This document shows, piece by piece, positions 61,501-64,000 of a stretch of 64,000 bases of DNA. Each line of letters opens with the position of its first letter. Within the stretch, counting starts at the first letter, position 1. The translations under genes were made by a program, and so were the position numbers. The notes under the pieces are model-generated. The model was not told where the DNA came from. It searched no databases and was given only the letters and a program-made list of their open reading frames with translations. The stretch is from Mytilus californianus (lineage: Eukaryota), in contig NW_026262668.1 of assembly GCF_021869535.1 (NCBI RefSeq), positions 13,082,001-13,146,000 on the forward strand. Reading direction: 5' to 3'.

Positions 61501-62060
61501 TGGATTTATTTTTCAACAAACAGTCGGCATTCCAATGGGTACTAATTGTGCACCACTACTGTCCGACTTGATTTTGTACTCATATATAGCCGAATTCATA
61601 CAGAACCTTCTCAAAGACAAATAGAAAATGTATCTTGCAACGTTCTTTATTTTCACTTTCATGTATGTTACTCAATAGCCCACATGTTAATGATTGCTGA
61701 GATCCCTATATCGTAGCGAACTTGGGATTAAGGATACTACCGAAAGTAGAAAATCTGCTTCCTACCTTGATCTTTTCCACGATATTTACACAGATGGACG
61801 ACTTCAAACTAGAATCTATGACCAACGTGATGATTTCATTTTTCCATTTGTGAACTTCCCATTACTCAGCAGTATCACGCCCTCTGCTTGATCGTGTGGC
61901 ATTTACATATCTTAGTTAATACGCTTGTACATGTTCACGTTATACGAACTTCATTTACAGGGGTATGGTCCTTACACAAAAGCTGCTCAAAAGAGTTATG
62001 AGGAAGAATGACTGAATCGACAATACATACGTTTTACGTTCACCAACACAATTGGTTTAC
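61501..62060 (+). mobile_element. Decayed PLE-type RT fragment
   Basis: GFIFQQTVGIPMGTNCAPLLSDL, ELGIKDTTES..SASYLDL, IYDQRDDFIFPFVNFPLLSS. Confidence 0.88.
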
Positions 62061-63069
62061 AGATGTGTTGGTGTTTTAACTCATTAGTGACATATTTTCG
62101 CGGTCTTAAATCTTTAAATACCAGCAAAGTTGACTGGTCTGTTATTAAACGAATGTGTTTTATATCTTATTACGACATTTCGACTAAGTGTGAACTCGTA
62201 TGACTGGTGATGCATGCATAGCAAGAGTTGCTTACCATGTCGAAACACCCGGTCTCGATCCTTTTTGAGAGTTCAGACGATTCCCTCAGTTTTTATTTCT
62301 GACCTTGATTTGTCACTTCCTAATCTTTTCACGAGATTTGAACCCCCGGTGAACTATTGACGCCTTAATCTATGTTTTTGGTTTAGGTCATTCCTTCAAT
62401 TTACACTCCATTGTGTTTATGTTGACCTTAAGTGACTATATTATATCATACGAGCTTTTAATGGTTCGTGCTATTTTCACATTTACATATAATAGAGTCA
62501 ACATTATTACAAACGAGGAGACCAAATCAAAATTTGGTCGAAAACGGTAAAATCATTTGTGTAGTTTCTATTCATTTGCAAATACGACGAATTATGAATT
62601 CCAGGCTACTGATTGCAATTTTAAGTTCCATAAAAATTTCTTATCTGGATGTATGTGAAATTATCGGCCGGGTCGTTATTTGTTATTCGATATACAATAT
62701 CCAAAACGCCGACAGCAGCTGGTTCGATATGAAATATTTCTCAGTAAAAAATAACAAAAACTAGACATTTTAAAGAATTCTTAAAAGGATAATCATGTTA
62801 AAAAAAAGTAGATCTAAAGAAAAAAACGATAGAAATCTTTGTGTTTCTCCTACAGTAAATTCTCGTTGTCCCTAACATAGAACACGATTTTAACTTTATA
62901 GTTTATTAATCTTAAACGATAAAAGATGAATCAAAAATATCTTTTTTATTACATTACCACGTCTAACTTCGTGGATGAAAACAGTTTATAAACGTGTAAA
63001 AAAATATCTAACTATGGAAAGCCATAAAGGACATTTTCAATGCGCTTTTATATTCAACATTTATTGCAA

Positions 63070-63992
63070 AAGACTACCATGGACCGCATAAATGACAGTA
63101 AGACCCTTCTGTTCTTTCAATGTCTAGACATTGATATAATTACTACCAAAAGGATATTTCTGAAAACTTTCGTTTTCATTATGTATGGGGGGACTTAAAA
63201 GTCTCTTTACTATCAAAAATGAAATAAAAAATCAATGAAAATCAACGGAAATGGTATCTGTGCGTTGGATTGACCTCCCTGAACTGTCAAACGTTATGCA
63301 ATTTAACACCCACTAATTTGATATGTAAATCCAGATACTGTTTAGAGGAATTATTGGAATGTTTTTGTCTTCAATATATATGGATAGTTCAAAGTGCCAC
63401 TTTGATAATCAAAATATTGTACAAAAGACTACCAGTTACCTCTTAAATAACATTGAGACCTTTCTGATCTTTCAATGTCTATAAAATTTTCGGCGATTTT
63501 CAATTGCAAAGTGACAGATTATCTTAAACATCGAAGATGAATTGCTTCTGGGAAACCTTTTTTTATAGTATCTGTATCTATGTATAGTCTAATTGTTCAT
63601 GACATTGAAAGACCAGGAAGGTCTCCCGGCCATCTACACTTTTAGTCCTCCCGACATATCAAAGGCAACAAATTTCCATAAATTCCTCTTGATGTCATTA
63701 GTATCTTTATCTAAGCTAACTCTATGCACAATTTTATAAAGATTGGATGATCAGGAATGTCTTGGTAATGCCCTAGGTCTTTTTACCTGAATTTTCGACA
63801 TTTTTTTTCAATTTCAAAGTGACACTTTTAGATTAAATGTTTCTGAGAAATCTTGTTTATAGTATTTGTATCTATACCTAGTCTATTTTTTAGCTAAAAT
63901 TTATTCACATTGAAAGACCAGGAAGGTATCACTGTCATTTAGGCGGTCTCCGGTAGACTTTGTACAATATTTTGAATATCAATCTGGCACCT
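63070..63992. repeat. Complex direct + inverted repeat block
   Basis: CCTT.CTG.TCTTTCAATGTC near 63095 and 63458, inverted near 63601 and 63906. A ~305-bp direct duplication (63500/63808). 63390-63480 is inverted to 63906-63992. Confidence 0.7.
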
Positions 63993-64000
63993 TGATTCCT

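Overview
AT-rich, repeat-dominated eukaryotic DNA. The repeat families look like those of a bivalve mollusc, possibly Mytilus (recognition-based inference, no search run). Only one intact cellular gene is supported: a single-ORF, 406-aa NHL-repeat protein (20607-21827, -) with an N-terminal RVxF-like motif and no RING or B-box. The rest is mobile DNA: a young 5'-truncated Penelope-like element (RT thumb + GIY-YIG, inverted pLTR) in (TA)n; at least 6 fragments of a second PLE-type RT family (FDFSTLY / GTNCAP / DKRDDF-IVNFP motifs, probably Naiad-type) whose 3' end is the commonest dispersed repeat here; tRNA-derived SINEs; Helentron/HINE-like elements; TTAA- and TTA-flanked MITEs; fold-back elements; a Tc1 fragment; two tandem segmental duplications (about 1.15 kb and about 5 kb, the latter with a C2H2 zinc-finger pseudo-exon); and one assembly gap. 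The most interesting theme is non-coding RNA. Minimal type I hammerhead ribozyme (HHR) motifs with palindromic stem III recur in several unrelated repeat families. A nested cluster at 33.3-35.5 kb holds a 533-bp HHR-bearing tandem dimer and a 442-bp tRNA-headed repeat with a base-paired leader. Both share the inverted-plus-tandem architecture and TA-microhomology ends of the Penelope element at 14-1934.
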